Part shown: positions 34,601 through 48,307 of the stretch, in pieces
Numbering within the stretch: the first letter of the stretch is position 1
How the letters are laid out: every line of letters begins with the position of its first letter
From: Protoeuglena noctilucae
Lineage: Eukaryota
Direction of reading: 5' to 3'
DNA length: 64,000 nt
Assembly (NCBI GenBank): GCA_958009085.1
Contig: OY253668.1
Location: 1,116,001-1,180,000, forward strand
Notes under the pieces: model-generated
What the model saw: the letters and a program-made list of their open reading frames with translations, nothing else
The model's database searches: none
Told to the model about the DNA's origin: nothing
Translations under genes and position numbers: made by a program

Positions 34601-37600
34601 GACGACTTGCAGAAGGCGAGGGTGCGCTTAACCAAGCGCCTCCAACCTCCATCGCTCTGTAGCTCACGCGGCAGCTTTTCATGAGAGGAGGCTCAGGCTA
34701 CTGTGTCCTTATGCGCGATGATGCCTGCCGCAGGCGCTGGAGAGGGCGGGGACGGAGGCCCGGGCCGCGCTGGAGCAGGAGCGGCGGCTGCGGGAGCAAG
34801 GGGACCACGAGCTGCGGATGGAGTTGGTTCGTGGGGACGCGGACGTCCTTGCCAAGGTGACCCGGCCTCAGCGAGCAGCCGTTGCGAAGCACTCAACCCT
34901 TGGCGCAGCACTAGCGACCCCACCCTTGGCGCTGCCATGCGCGGCACCAATCGTGGCCGATGCACCCGCCCGCTCTTTTGCAGTTGGAGATCCAGCGGGC
35001 CGAGCATCGCGCTGCGGCCGAGCGCCACGTCCGCTCCACGGCGGAGCACTTCAAGAAGACCGCGCGGGAGCAGTCGGACACGATCGCGAGGCTGGCGGGG
35101 GCGCTGGAAGCCGGGCACCGCACCCTGGAGGGCACCGTGCAGGCGAGGCGGCATGGAAGCTGCAGATGATGCCATTGCCCAGGTCCACGGGCCGCTCTGT
35201 GGGTGCTTGTGCTTGCGTTGACACACGCGACATTGGCCCCGACTTGCGATGCCACCTCCGCAGGTCTTGGAGCTGGACGTGTCGCGTCTGCGCGGGCAGC
35301 TGGACGCGGTGTCTGTGGACGTGACGTGGACGCGCGGGGCTCTGTTCGAGGCTGTCGAGGAGGCCATGGGGCGTCACGCGCAGTCGGTCGGGGGTCGGGA
35401 CACGGTGGGAGACGTGGTGCGGCTGGCAGCCGAGGTCCGGGGGGTGTGCGAGACGCTGGAGCAGCACATGGCGCATGTGAGGGCATTTGGGAGGGGCTGA
35501 CAGGGACGGGAGGCAGGGACGCCGAGGGCCGACTCCGGACGAACACCGACTGTTGCTGGATGACCGGGTCCCTGATCAAAGGTGTATGCAAGGCACCTGC
35601 GACTTGGCTACTTGCTCAGTGGGAGTTGCAGCCGTCGCTTACAACGCCTATCCCACCCCTTGCCGCAGCGCATTGCTGCCGTCGAGTCCCGGATGGCGGA
35701 CGTGGACCGCCGGGCGAGGGAGGCGGCGCTCGCGCGGAGCACAGACACCGCAGCGGCGGCGATGGGGTTCGGGGTCGCAACCCCTGCGTCCCTGGGCGCG
35801 ACGATGGCGGAGACCACGCCGATCCGGGCGGGGCACCCGGGGTGGGACGTGCAGGACTCGGGAGTGAAGGCCGGGTGAGCGCCGTATGCGTTGAGTTGGT
35901 GTTGCAATTGACCAAATGGTCGACAGGGCTTTCTTACGAACAGCCACGGACCATGTCAGCGACGGTGGCCCTGGCGCAGCCGGATTGTGTGGGACGAGCC
36001 GGGGCTCAGCCACCCTTGATTGTCTGGCCGCTCCCAGGGACGCTCTGAGCGAGGCTATCCGGGAGATCCGGGCGGGCGCGGGGCTGCAGGGGGCGGCGGG
36101 GGCGTCGGTGACCGCCTCTGTGCCCGCCACGGCCCCGAGCCCATTCGGCCGGCGGCTGACGTTCGAGGAGGAGCGGGCGCTCGAGATGCTGCGGGGTGGC
36201 GCAGCGCTGGCCGCGGACGCCGGGAGCGGAGAAGAGGGCGACGCGTTGCCGCAGGTCGGCAGGGACGGTGCGGGTGTGGCGGGCATGGGTGCGGAGACGA
36301 GTGCGGATGGGGACGAGGACGACCTGCTGCCCGCCCTGGGGGACGCGGCGCTTCCGGTGTCCCTGCGCCGGGCGGGGGCGCCCACGGACAGCGTGGGGCG
36401 GTCGGCCCTGAGCCGCGAGCCAAGCCTCGTGGGTCCGGGGTCGCAGGGGGTGCAGCGCGCCAGTGTTGGGGAGCGGGGCGAGGAGGTGCCCTTGCTGCGG
36501 GGATCGATGGCTTTTGAGGGAGGGGACGGATATGGGGACGAGCACGGTGTCGTGGATGCGTGCTACCCTGGCAGCGACGACAGCGGTGTCGGTGCGAGGT
36601 CGCCAGGAAGCGGTGCTGTCGGGGCGGCACTCGAGGGCGAGGGCCAGATTGATGAAAGCGAATCTGACGGGGCTGTTCTTGGACAGAGCGGTGGGACAGG
36701 GGAGGCCGATGCTGTGGGGGCTCCCGTCCCCAGCGTGGCGCCTCGGGACGACGAGGGGTCAGGGGATCGAGTCCCTCCGACTGCCGAAGAGCAGCAGGCG
36801 GCAATGACGATCCAAGCGCTGGCGCGGGGTCACCTGGAGCGGAAGAAGAGGCCACGGCGGGTGGGGGCGGCTGCGGCGGTGGACGCGGGTGTGCCAGAGG
36901 CCGTCCTGGAGGGTGGCGATGGCGGCGAGGGTGCACGAAAGGGTGGCGAGGGTGCACGAAAGGGTGGCGATGGTGACGAGCGTGCCGTAGAGGGTGGCAA
37001 GGGTGCCAAGGAGGGTGGCGAGGGAGCAAGGGAGGGTGGCAAGGGTGGCGAGGGTGCAAGGGAGGGTGGCGAGGGTGCCGTGGAGGGTGACGAGGGTGGC
37101 GAGGGTGGTGACGAGGGTTGCGAGGGTGGTGGGGGTGGCGAGGGTGCAGTAGAGGGTGGCGAGGGTGCAAGGGAGGGTGACGAGGGTGGCAGGGGTGGTG
37201 AGGGTGGCGAGGGTGCTGTGGAGGGTAGTGAGGGTGTTATGGAGGGTGACGAGGGTGGTGAGGGTGGTGGGGGTGGCGAGGGTGCTGTGGAGGGTAGTGA
37301 GGGTGTTATGGAGGGTGACGAGGGTGGTGAGGGTGGTGGGGGTGGCGAGGGTGCTGTGGAGGGTAGTGAGGGTGTTATGGAGGGTGACGAGGGTGGTGAG
37401 GGTGGTGGGGGTGGCGAGGGTGCACCAGAGGGTGGTGAGGGCGGCAGGGTGGGCGAGGAGACGCCGCACGAGGCTGGTGTGGAATTAGCAACGAGCACGT
37501 TCCAGAGCAAAGCATATTCGGAGGATTTTGAGGAAGGTTTCGAGGAGGAGGGTGGCGTTGATGCCGGGGATGCTGGCGAGGCGTTGGGAGGCGAGGTTGG

Positions 37601-38297
37601 GGAGGAAGCGGGGGTCGGGGTGCACGATGAGGGTGCAGGGCGGGAGGGCGACTTGGTGGCTGAGGCTGCGGCCGAGGCTGGGGCGCTGCAAAGCGGGGAC
37701 GGGATAGCGGTGGGGAATATGGAGGGTGGTGAGGGTGGCGTTGGGGCAGGGAATGGAGAGGGAGAGACTGGGGAGGGCGAGGGTGGGCATGCAGAGACGG
37801 GCATGGAAATGGAAACTCCTTTTGAAAATGATGGGGAGGTGGGGGAGGGTTTGGTTGGCAGGGATCGCGGTGGGAGAGATGAGGAGGAAGTGGCTGAGCT
37901 GGGTGCGGGGGAGGTGGGGGAGGTACAGGCAGGGAGCGGTGGGGAGGGAGAGGGCGGGGAGGGTGCAGAGGGTCGAGGGGACTGGGCAAGAGAGGGTGGC
38001 GGGGATAGCGCGGCTGTGGCGGGCGAGGGGCATGGCGAGGTGGGGCCGGGCGAGGAGGGGCAAGAGGGGGGCGAGGAGTGGGACGGAGACAGGGAGGCGG
38101 GCGAAGGGGAGATGGCCGAAGGGAGGGCTGCAGATCCCCAGGGTGTGACCGGGGACCATCGTGGGGAGGGCGGTGGCGGGGAGGGAAGCGACGGTGAGGG
38201 TAGCGATGGGGAGGGCGATGCGGAGTCAGGTTTGGGGGACTATGAGGAGGACTTCGCAGCGTCGCACGACCGCATTGAGGAACTGCCAGACGTTTAA
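31645..38297 (+). CDS. Large coiled-coil protein with an IQ motif and a Gly/Glu-rich acidic tail
   Basis: Many short exons encode E/A/R/L-rich heptad-like helices (31.7-35.9 kb). The final exon from 36038 contains AAMTIQALARGHLERKK (IQxxxRGxxxRK) and ~450 aa of G/E-rich sequence. Stop is TAA at 38297. Not all junctions were checked, and the start ATG could be 31627, 31639 or 31645. Confidence 0.65.
36910..37440 (+). repeat. Coding minisatellite of GAGGGT-based units, including three near-identical 69-bp copies
   Basis: gagggtgctgtggagggtagtgagggtgttatg... recurs at 37209, 37278 and 37347 (period 69 nt = GGEGAVEGSEGVMEGDEGGEGGG). Confidence 0.9.
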
Positions 38298-38652
38298 TGA
38301 CAACGCTCTACCCTGGTAGCAACTCTAGTGACGCTTGAGCGTAGTGTTATTGCACAGAAATCTTGAATGCTCTTAACAGAATGCCACAAGGCCCCCGTGC
38401 GTCTTTGGAAGCCAGCTGTGATTCACTCGAAACGTGGTGACGCTGTTCTTGAACGTGTCACTCTTCCCATCTCCTGGAGGACACCTGCAGCGCAACGGCA
38501 GGGGATACCCAGGGATGCTCACTGCTACTCCTTCCTCGCTACTCCCAGCCTCCGCATCACCAGCTGGCCCACCTGCACGAAGCCTCCCTCACTTGTTGAA
38601 GATAAGACTTTAGCGTGGCCTGGTTCACTGGGATAGCTAGGGCCAGCCCTTG

Positions 38653-39348
38653 CTAGCCAACATCAGGGAGCCTTCCTTTGTTGTCCGCAATGTCTGCGCG
38701 TGCCCCACGGCGGAGCAACTCCTGGCACACCGCCCGGTGCCCCTGCTTGGCAGCCTGCGGTGACCGAAAGCTGGATGGTGTCTTATGGTCAAACCAAGAA
38801 ACATCGTCCCTACGCATCGCATACTGTCGCAATCTGGCCGACCTTGTGGAGTGCCGTCTCCCCGTCCCTATCGCGTGTTGAGGTCTCCGCACCCGCATCC
38901 ACGAGCATGGAGACTACGTCGAGATGGCCCGCATACGCGGCGCGGTGCAGAGGAGTGGCCCCGCTGGCACGCGTGGCGGCATTCACGTCCGCGCCTCTGC
39001 AGATGGCAAGCCTAGCGCAGTTGCGTCGCCCCCAGTCGCTTCCGAGTCCACAGCATGCGGCCAATGCGTCAGACACCTCTTCAAGAGCAAGGCAACGCAC
39101 AAAGCGTGCCCGTTGCGAGCGGCATAGTGCAGCGGTGTGTATCCCGTGTCTCGCCCCGACCCGTCCTGCGCGACGGCCTCCGGATGTCGGTCCAGCAGCA
39201 TCTGGAGCCTTGCATGGTCTCCGTCCAAAGCTGCTTTGCACGCGCTCCTCGAGAACTCGACCTCCGCGAGGCTCTGCGATGCTGGGGGTGCCCCCGGCGG
39301 AGCGTGGTCCGCGCAGCTGTGGCACTCGTGCCTCGGCGACCCGGTCAT
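38653..39348 (-). CDS. Small ankyrin-repeat protein, ANKRD39-like
   Basis: QSLAEVEFSRS..AALDGD N-terminus; GYTPLHYAARNGH, GATPLHRAAYAGH, GETALHK|AAKQGH. 3 exons. Confidence 0.88.
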
Positions 39349-39521
39349 AGCATTCCTCAAGACGTGGTTATCCCGAGCAATGCTCGAACGCGCTGCGAGA
39401 CTCGCCTTTTTTGACGCGCTAGACGAGTAGCCAGATGAGTGCCAGGCACTGCGCATTTCGCCAAATCTGGGATCCTGGTGGCCATGTCCACATTTTAAAA
39501 CGTATCAAGCTTGCGCATACC

Positions 39522-42500
39522 ATGGCAGAGGAGGAGTGGAAGGTGAGCGGATGCTCTGGACTGGGCTGGCTCCGACTGGAATGGTCTCGTGCACTCTCGA
39601 CCGCGTTTCTACCGTTAGTCGGAATTTGAGAGTGATCTTCATGCCGGGAGGCGATACGCGGATCCCGAATCTTGCGCCGAGGTGTTGTGCGGGCCTGCTC
39701 TGGAAGCGTCCGGCACCGACCGCACCGCGCCACGCCCGCGCGGCCGATGGCGCTCCCGACGCTGCCGAGGACTTGTCAACATACGTGTGTCACGCGGGAC
39801 TGTGTCTGGCGCGGCAACCGCGCCTCCCTCGAGCCGCCACGACACGATGTTGCACATGGGCTGCACGCAGGCCAAAGGCAACGCCGCCGTCGCGGCGGGC
39901 GATTTCGATGAGGCCATTCGATGCTACTCAGAAGCCATCAAAATCGCGCCATCTAACCACGTGCTCTTTTCCAACCGCTCGGCCGCCTTCGCGTCCAAGG
40001 TGAGCGCATGCCGGGTCGGGCATCCCGCGCGCCCCGGCTGTCGCTCGTCGCAGCTGCTGACGTCCCGCGATCCCGAGCGCGCAGGGCGACTTTGCTAGCG
40101 CGTTGGATGACGCCGAGCGGACGGTGGGGATCAACGCGGGGTGGGCCAAGGGGTACAGCCGGTTGGGAGCGGCCCTGCATGGCCTGAGTCGCTTCGCAGA
40201 GGCGGCGGACGCCTACCGCAAGGGCCTGGCGCTCGATCCTTCCAACGAGCAGATGAAGCAGGGGGTGGTGACGGCGGAGCAGGCGTTGACGAATCAGGTG
40301 GCGCGGGACGAGGACGGTCGCCCCGACACGTCTGAGGTGCGAGGACCATTCGCGACTGACACTGTTTGGCAATCCTCGACTGAACCGCGGCCCGGTGCGC
40401 TGCTTGGTCCTCGATCCACAAGGACTCCGCCAATTGTGACCAGCCCCCCATCGATGGCAACCCGCCCCATCGCATCGCAGGTGCCGGACGAGCTGAAGGA
40501 GATCGCGTCAGTGCTGTCCACGCCGCACATCTGGACGATGCTCATGCTCAATGAGAAGACGAAGGACTTCCTGCATGAACAGGTGCGTGGAGTGCGGACC
40601 ATGGATGCTCATACATGGGTGGCAGTCCCGTAATGCCTTAGACAGGAGGTCTCGCAGGACGGTAGTCAGTGTGTAATGACGCAGAGCTTACCTTCATTTG
40701 ACATACATACCCGCCTTGGTTGTCACGATCCCCGTTCATATACCGTCGCAGGACTTTGCGGACATCATCCGGTCGGTGCAGCGGCATCCGGGGGCGCTCC
40801 AGAAGCACCTGAAGGATCCCCGGATGTTAACGGTGCTGACGGAGATCCTGGGCGTGAAGGTGATGACTCCGGAGGAGGCGGCACGGCAGGCGGAGGAGAG
40901 GCGGAGGAGGGAGGACGAGATGGAGGCGGCGAGGAAGAGGGCAGAGGAGGAGAGGAAGGTGAGATGGGAGCGATGAGCGAACAGCGATCGTGTGGCGCCG
41001 TCGGGGACCGTGGTGGCTGCTGCTGGAAGGGACGCTGACTGGGAGTGAAGCGCTTCGGTTGGCATTGGGAATCGCGCACGTCTGCTAGCATGTGTGATGG
41101 GTGGTGACAAATGCTCTGGCATCACGGCTGCAGAGGAAGGAGGAGGAGGAGCGGAGGGCAAAGGAGGAGGCGGCGCTGACGCCGGAGCAGAGGGCAGAGA
41201 GGGAGGTTAAGGTGGGTGATGGTGACAACGAGTGCTGATGGCAGTGGGTGGTGACGGTAGCAAAAGCATTGGAGGCAGTACAGAAAACAGGAAATCAATG
41301 GGCTGATAGTGGCACGGGTCAGGGAGCGTGGGTCAGGAGTTGTGGGCTGCCGCCAGCCCCATCGCTCGCGGTTGCGTCTCTGCGCTGCCTCACGCCGTCG
41401 CCCGCCGCCCTTCCCAGGCCCGCGCGGACGTCGACAAGGACCGCGGCAACGAGCACTACAAGCGCAAGGAGTTCGACGAGGCCATTTCGTGCTACAGCCG
41501 TGCGATCGACACGTACCCCAAGGAGCCCTCGTACTATTCCAACCGTGCCGCGGTGCACCTGGAGCGGGGCGACCTGGACGCGTGCATCGCCGACTGCGAC
41601 CGGGCGGTGGAGGTGGTGCGGGAGACGCGGGGGGACCTTAAGATGGTCGCGAGGGCGTGGACGCGCAAGGCCACGTGCCTGGCCAAGCGTGGGGACCTGG
41701 ACGCGGCCATCGACCTCTACCAGCGGGCGCTGGTGAGTGATAGGGTCACAGGGTCTGGGTGTCCGCTGTGCAGCGGCTGGCCGGCTTTTAGGCCGATCGG
41801 CAATGTCGATCTGTTGACGTTCGAGCGTGCTCGCCCTTTCCTCTCTTTCGCAGTTGGAGCACCGGAACCCGGACACCTTGAAGAAGCTCCAGGAGGCGGA
41901 GAAGGAGAAGCGGCGCCGGATGGAGGAGGCGTACATTGACTTGGACAAGTGTGCGGAGGAGAAGGCACTGGGGAACCAGGCGTTCCAGGAGTGCAGGTGG
42001 GGCCACGCGGGGTCACCACTGTCCGATCTCGCCTTGCGCCAGCGGTGTGCGCGTGCACGGTAATAACACGGGTGCTAGCGACGAGTCGCGACGTATGCGC
42101 CGACACTTGACGCGTCTCAGTGGTGTCTGGCGCAGGTTCCCGGACGCGGTGCGCCACTACTCGGAGGCCATCAAGCGCGGCCCGCCCGAGGCGAACGCGG
42201 AGTGCTACAAGCTCTTCTCGAATCGGGCCGCGTCGTACACCAAGCTGGGGGCGTGGGCGGATGCTCTGAAGGACGCAAACCGCTGCATCGAGCTCAAGCC
42301 GGACTTCAGCAAGGGGTATCTGCGCAAGGCCCAGGTCCAGTTCTTCACGAAGGACTACGACGGCGCGCTGGAGACGTACCAGGAGGGTCTGCGGCACGAG
42401 CCGGAGTCTCAAGAGCTGTCGGAAGGGGCGCAGCAGTGCATGGAGCAGATCCACAGGGTGAACGCGGGCCTGCTGGGGGAGGAGGAGCTGCGCATGCGGC

Positions 42501-42877
42501 AGGAGCGGGCGATGCAGGACCCGGAGGTGCAGCGCATCCTCCTCGACCCCATCATGTCCCAGGTGAGCGGCGGGGCAGGCGTGGGTGGCATGTTTGTCGG
42601 TGTACGCCGTGTGCAGAGGCGGGCAGTTGGGCGACTCCCGTCCCATGCAGGCGTCTGTAGACCCTCTGCTGATCGGTTCTCAGACATGCATCGTCATGTC
42701 GTCGTGTCTATTCAAACATGTCACGCCCCTCACATCGCCCACTCCCTCGTGTGTTCTCCTCAGGTGCTGAAGGAGCTGAAAGAGAACCCGGGGTCGGCAT
42801 CCCAGCACCTCAAGAGCCCTGAGATCTTTACCAAGCTGATGAAGCTGCACCGGGCCGGCATTCTGCGGCTGGGATGA
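39522..42877 (+). CDS. STI1: Hsp70-Hsp90 organizing protein (STI1/HOP)
   Basis: TPR1 (KAKGNAA...LFSNRSAA...[12 protein letters not shown]), DP1 (DPRM), TPR2A ([13 protein letters not shown]), TPR2B (EKALGNQAF...[11 protein letters not shown]), DP2 ([16 protein letters not shown]...KL..AGI). Confidence 0.96.
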
Positions 42878-43007
42878 CGCTGTGGCATCGGCCGGTGCTG
42901 CGTCAAACTGCGCTGCGCTTCTTCTGTTCAAGCGAGGGCGACGTGGATAGATGAACTGCCATATCAGAGTATCACTCGGATGAAGTGTCGTGCACGAGAC
43001 ACGCTTT

Positions 43008-43012
43008 TGTAA
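43008..43012 (+). promoter_or_regulatory. Candidate chlorophyte-type polyadenylation signal TGTAA for STI1
   Basis: TGTAA lies 130 nt downstream of the STI1 stop; UGUAA is the established Chlamydomonas-type signal. It is a short motif and could occur by chance. Confidence 0.35.
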
Positions 43013-43077
43013 ACCCGGCCTCTGCCGCTATGTGTGACCAACACACCAACAGTGTCTCGCAGCCTTGCTGACGACGC

Positions 43078-45029
<1,952 letters not shown>

Positions 45030-45406
45030 CTCCCCCTACCCCCCTCTGCGTTGGAATCGGGCCAACAGCCCCAAGCCTGGATCAGGAGTGCCGTATCACG
45101 CGGCCGCTCTATCCGAAGGCAAAAGTGCGCTTGCGGTGTCGGGGGCGCGTGGGGGCGAGATCCGTCACTGCTGCTGCTGCCACTCAAGCACACCGGAGCT
45201 CGAGACACGCAATAAAGGACACGACCAGCACGCCTGGTGGCCCTGACAGGGCAGTTTCAGGCAGTCCCAGGCCTTCTCGAGCGGCGAGGTGGTCTAGTCT
45301 GTTCAAAACTATTGCTTGGCATCGCATGCATCCGTCCGTGCGGGGTCGCGTGTCGCTCCAGCCACCCTTCGACCTCCAAGGCGGCGATCGCGCGTGACTC
45401 TGGCGG

Positions 45407-46938
45407 ATGGCGGTCGCCATGCGCGTGCCTCTTCTTGCCGGCCCAGCGCCGAGCAGCTCCGGCGCCGGCCGGATGCACGGGGCCAGCAGCTCGGGGCGTG
45501 CGAGGAAAGCCTTCGTTTGCAGGCGAGTGCGCCCTCCGGGACGCGGGCTGTCCAGCGGATCGGATTATATGTGACCTCACAAGGCGTCCGTCCACGCCGC
45601 ATTCTATTTGCTGGAGCGCTCGCGCCGGGAGACGCCCGGTCAGTGGCTGGGCTGCCCGGCGACAGCGCCGGGTCTCCCGGCGTCTCCTCTGCCATGCTCG
45701 ATGCAGAGGACGGCTCGTTAACTGCTTGCCGTTCGGAAGGCGCTCCCGAGCGGCAGTGCACGGCGTGTGGCTCACCTCCACCGACTACGGATGTCGCAGG
45801 GCGGGAGGGGGCTTCTTGGAGGACTTCCAGGGCTTGCCGTCGAGGAAGAAGGAGGTCGTGTCGCCGAAATTCGGCCTCACGGTCCGACAGGTGCGCGGCC
45901 TTTGCTTGCCTGAGGAGGGGCGAGGCCGGGTGGGGCGCCTGAGCCTCCTCAGCCTCCTGAGCCTCCATGAACACGCCTCAACGCCGCGATGCCGCGCTCG
46001 TGTCGCTTCGCAGATGGCTGCGCTGGGAATCACGAACGACAACGAGTTCAAGTTCCAGGAGCCGGACGAGTCCATGCTCACGGCCAAGGCGTGCTACGTG
46101 GGGGAGCCCGTCACTGAGAATTCGCGGATCGTGACGCGGATGGGTCCCGCGATGCGTCCTCCGGGCCAGGCGCCCCCGGATCTCCCCTCGCTCCTCCTGG
46201 ACGGCCGCATCGTCTACATCGGGATGCCCCTGGTGCCCTCGGTCACGGAGCTGGTCATCTCCCAGCTCCTCTGGCTCAACTACGCCGACCCCGAGAAGCC
46301 CGTCTACGTTTACATCAACTCGACGGGCACGCAGACGGAGGACAAGCAGGCGGTGGGGTTCGAGACAGAGGCGTACGCCATCCTCGACACGCTCAACTAC
46401 ATCCGGCCGGACATTCACACGCTGGCCGTCGGCTCCGCGTACGGCAACGCAGCCATGCTGCTGGCATCGGGGAAGAAGGGCAGCCGCGCGGCGCTGCCCC
46501 ACGCGCGCATCAAGACCAACCCCCCGCGCCTCAACCGAGCCATGGGGCCAGGTGGGGTGCTGCCACCGGCATGCTGCGATCGACGCGCGACGCTGAGCCC
46601 TGCCGTGTTGCCCTGGGGTCCCTGCTGGGGAGCCCGATCCACCTGCCTGATCCCCCTGCGCCGCAGCGGCCAAGGTGATGATTGCCGCGAACGAGATGGA
46701 GGCGTGCTTTGACACATACGTCGAGTTCATGGCCAAGTTCGCGGGGCGGGACCTCGCGGATGTCCGAAAGGACATGGGCCGGGACCGCTACTTCACGCCT
46801 GAGCAGGCGATCGAGTACGGGCTGATCGACAAGATCGTGCGGCCCACGGACCAGGTCGCTATGGACGCCCAGGACTACGAGGCCATCCTCCGTGCTCAGG
46901 AGCGACGCAGCCAGGGCGCCAGGACGGCAACGGCATAG
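45407..46938 (+). CDS. Plastid Clp protease non-catalytic subunit ClpR (ClpR1/R3-like)
   Basis: PPDLPSLLLDGRIVYIGMPLVPSVTEL, YINSTG, ETEAYAILDT, RDRYFTPEQAIEYGLIDKI. The catalytic Ser and His positions are substituted (AYGN, KTNPP). Transit peptide in exon 1. Confidence 0.92.
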
Positions 46939-47191
46939 CGTGGTCAGGTTTTTGCCAGCCCTGGCCGAGTTCTGACAGCTCCCTATTGCGCATCGGTTGC
47001 TTTGAAGTCCGGCAACAAACGTCAATGCACAGAAGCCGGGGCGCCCGCTGGAAGTGCGGCGCGGAGAGCGCAGTTGTCCGCGCAGCGTGGAGGCTCGCTC
47101 TGCTGCCGCGCGAAGGCGATTAGCTGCCTGGCACGAGTCGACGGAGTCGACGGAACAGTCCCATTCGGGCCTCGTGGGCATTCGCGCCGGG

Positions 47192-48201
47192 ATGGCCGCG
47201 CTTCTCGGCGCGCAGTTCCTGCTCCAGCCCGCAAACACCGCGGCGCTGTGCAGCCTGGGATGCGTGGGCTTGACCACCGCAGGCGAGTGCACGTGCTCGC
47301 GACTAAGTCTGCCGTCACTCGCACGGCAGTTGCGCGCTTTGAGGATGCGCGCGATCCCCGCCGGCGTACCCGCATTCAACCGTGGCTCTGTGCATGAGCC
47401 CGGGGTGCCGACGGGATCCCCCGAGTCATCCCGCTCGACCGCATGATTGCTAGACAACTTGCGTCGGCTGCCGATGCAGCGTATGGTGCTTTCGTTCTGC
47501 CGGCTGGGGACACGGGGGTGTGGCAGCGCATCGGCTATCGATGTCGAGTCCCGCCCCCTCGCTGCAGTCCCTGCTTACAAGAGCTTCAAAGCCATCGAGT
47601 CGGGGAAGCCCGAGGACATGGCCAGCACCCTCCAGCTGTGGGGGACGCTGGCTCTGCTGCAACTGGGGGAGGCGGGCGTGAGTTCGGACGTTAAGCGGTC
47701 GAATTACTATCCGCACCTCAAGCTGGCGCTCCTGGCATACATTTTTTACAAGGAGAGCGACACGCTGACGTCCCTTTGGCGGTGAGCGCGGCAGGGGACC
47801 TCCAACCCTGCAGAGGTAGCCTGGCTCCGCTTGAGTAGACTTTCTTTTTCCTGCCCGAAGCCGCTACATCGCACCTATGCTGCGGAAATACCAGCACCAC
47901 ATCGACGTGACCGGCGAGCACGTGTCGACCGAGTGCAACGGGCTGGTGTCCCGCTACCGCGCCGAGATCGCATGGCTCGGGTGAGCTTATGAAGTGATGA
48001 TGGCGAGATGTGATCCATCTTGTCAAATACCTCGCCTGCCGCTGCCCAGCCGATTGAGTGCCTGCGCTCCAGTCGAGAGCGCACAACACTAGGGCGCCGA
48101 CTGCTCGCAGGGGTCAGGTGGAGCAGTGGAAGAGCTACCTGCACCACAAGTGGCTCGCCATCACCCAGGAGGCCGAGGAGCGCAGGGACAAGGACCAGTG
48201 A
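47192..48201 (+). CDS. HVA22/REEP (TB2/DP1) family membrane protein
   Basis: Exons 47192-47282, 47568-47781, 47861-47980 and 48111-48201 splice in frame, giving PAYKSFKAIES, LQLW, YYPHLKL and RYIAPMLRKYQHHID. Confidence 0.82.
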
Positions 48202-48307
48202 GACTTGCGCATGCACCCTAGTCCTGTGTCAGGCCCTCCCCGGCCGCGTAGAGACAGTTCGACTTGAAGCAGAGTTATTACAACATGCATCTCCCGCCGC
48301 CAGCGCG

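Noticed and set aside
36910..37440. Tandem repeats as a possible CRISPR array or telomeric tract
   Set aside because: There are no unique spacers or cas genes and the context is eukaryotic. The repeats are in-frame coding Gly/Glu units.
39571..39631. Hairpin followed by AGA in STI1 intron 1 as a single-hairpin H/ACA-like RNA
   Set aside because: I could not identify a pseudouridylation pocket or rRNA target, and such hairpins are expected at this GC content.
47994..48100. GTGATGA box C-like motif in the third HVA22 intron
   Set aside because: There is no terminal stem, no convincing D/D' arrangement and no recognisable rRNA antisense element.
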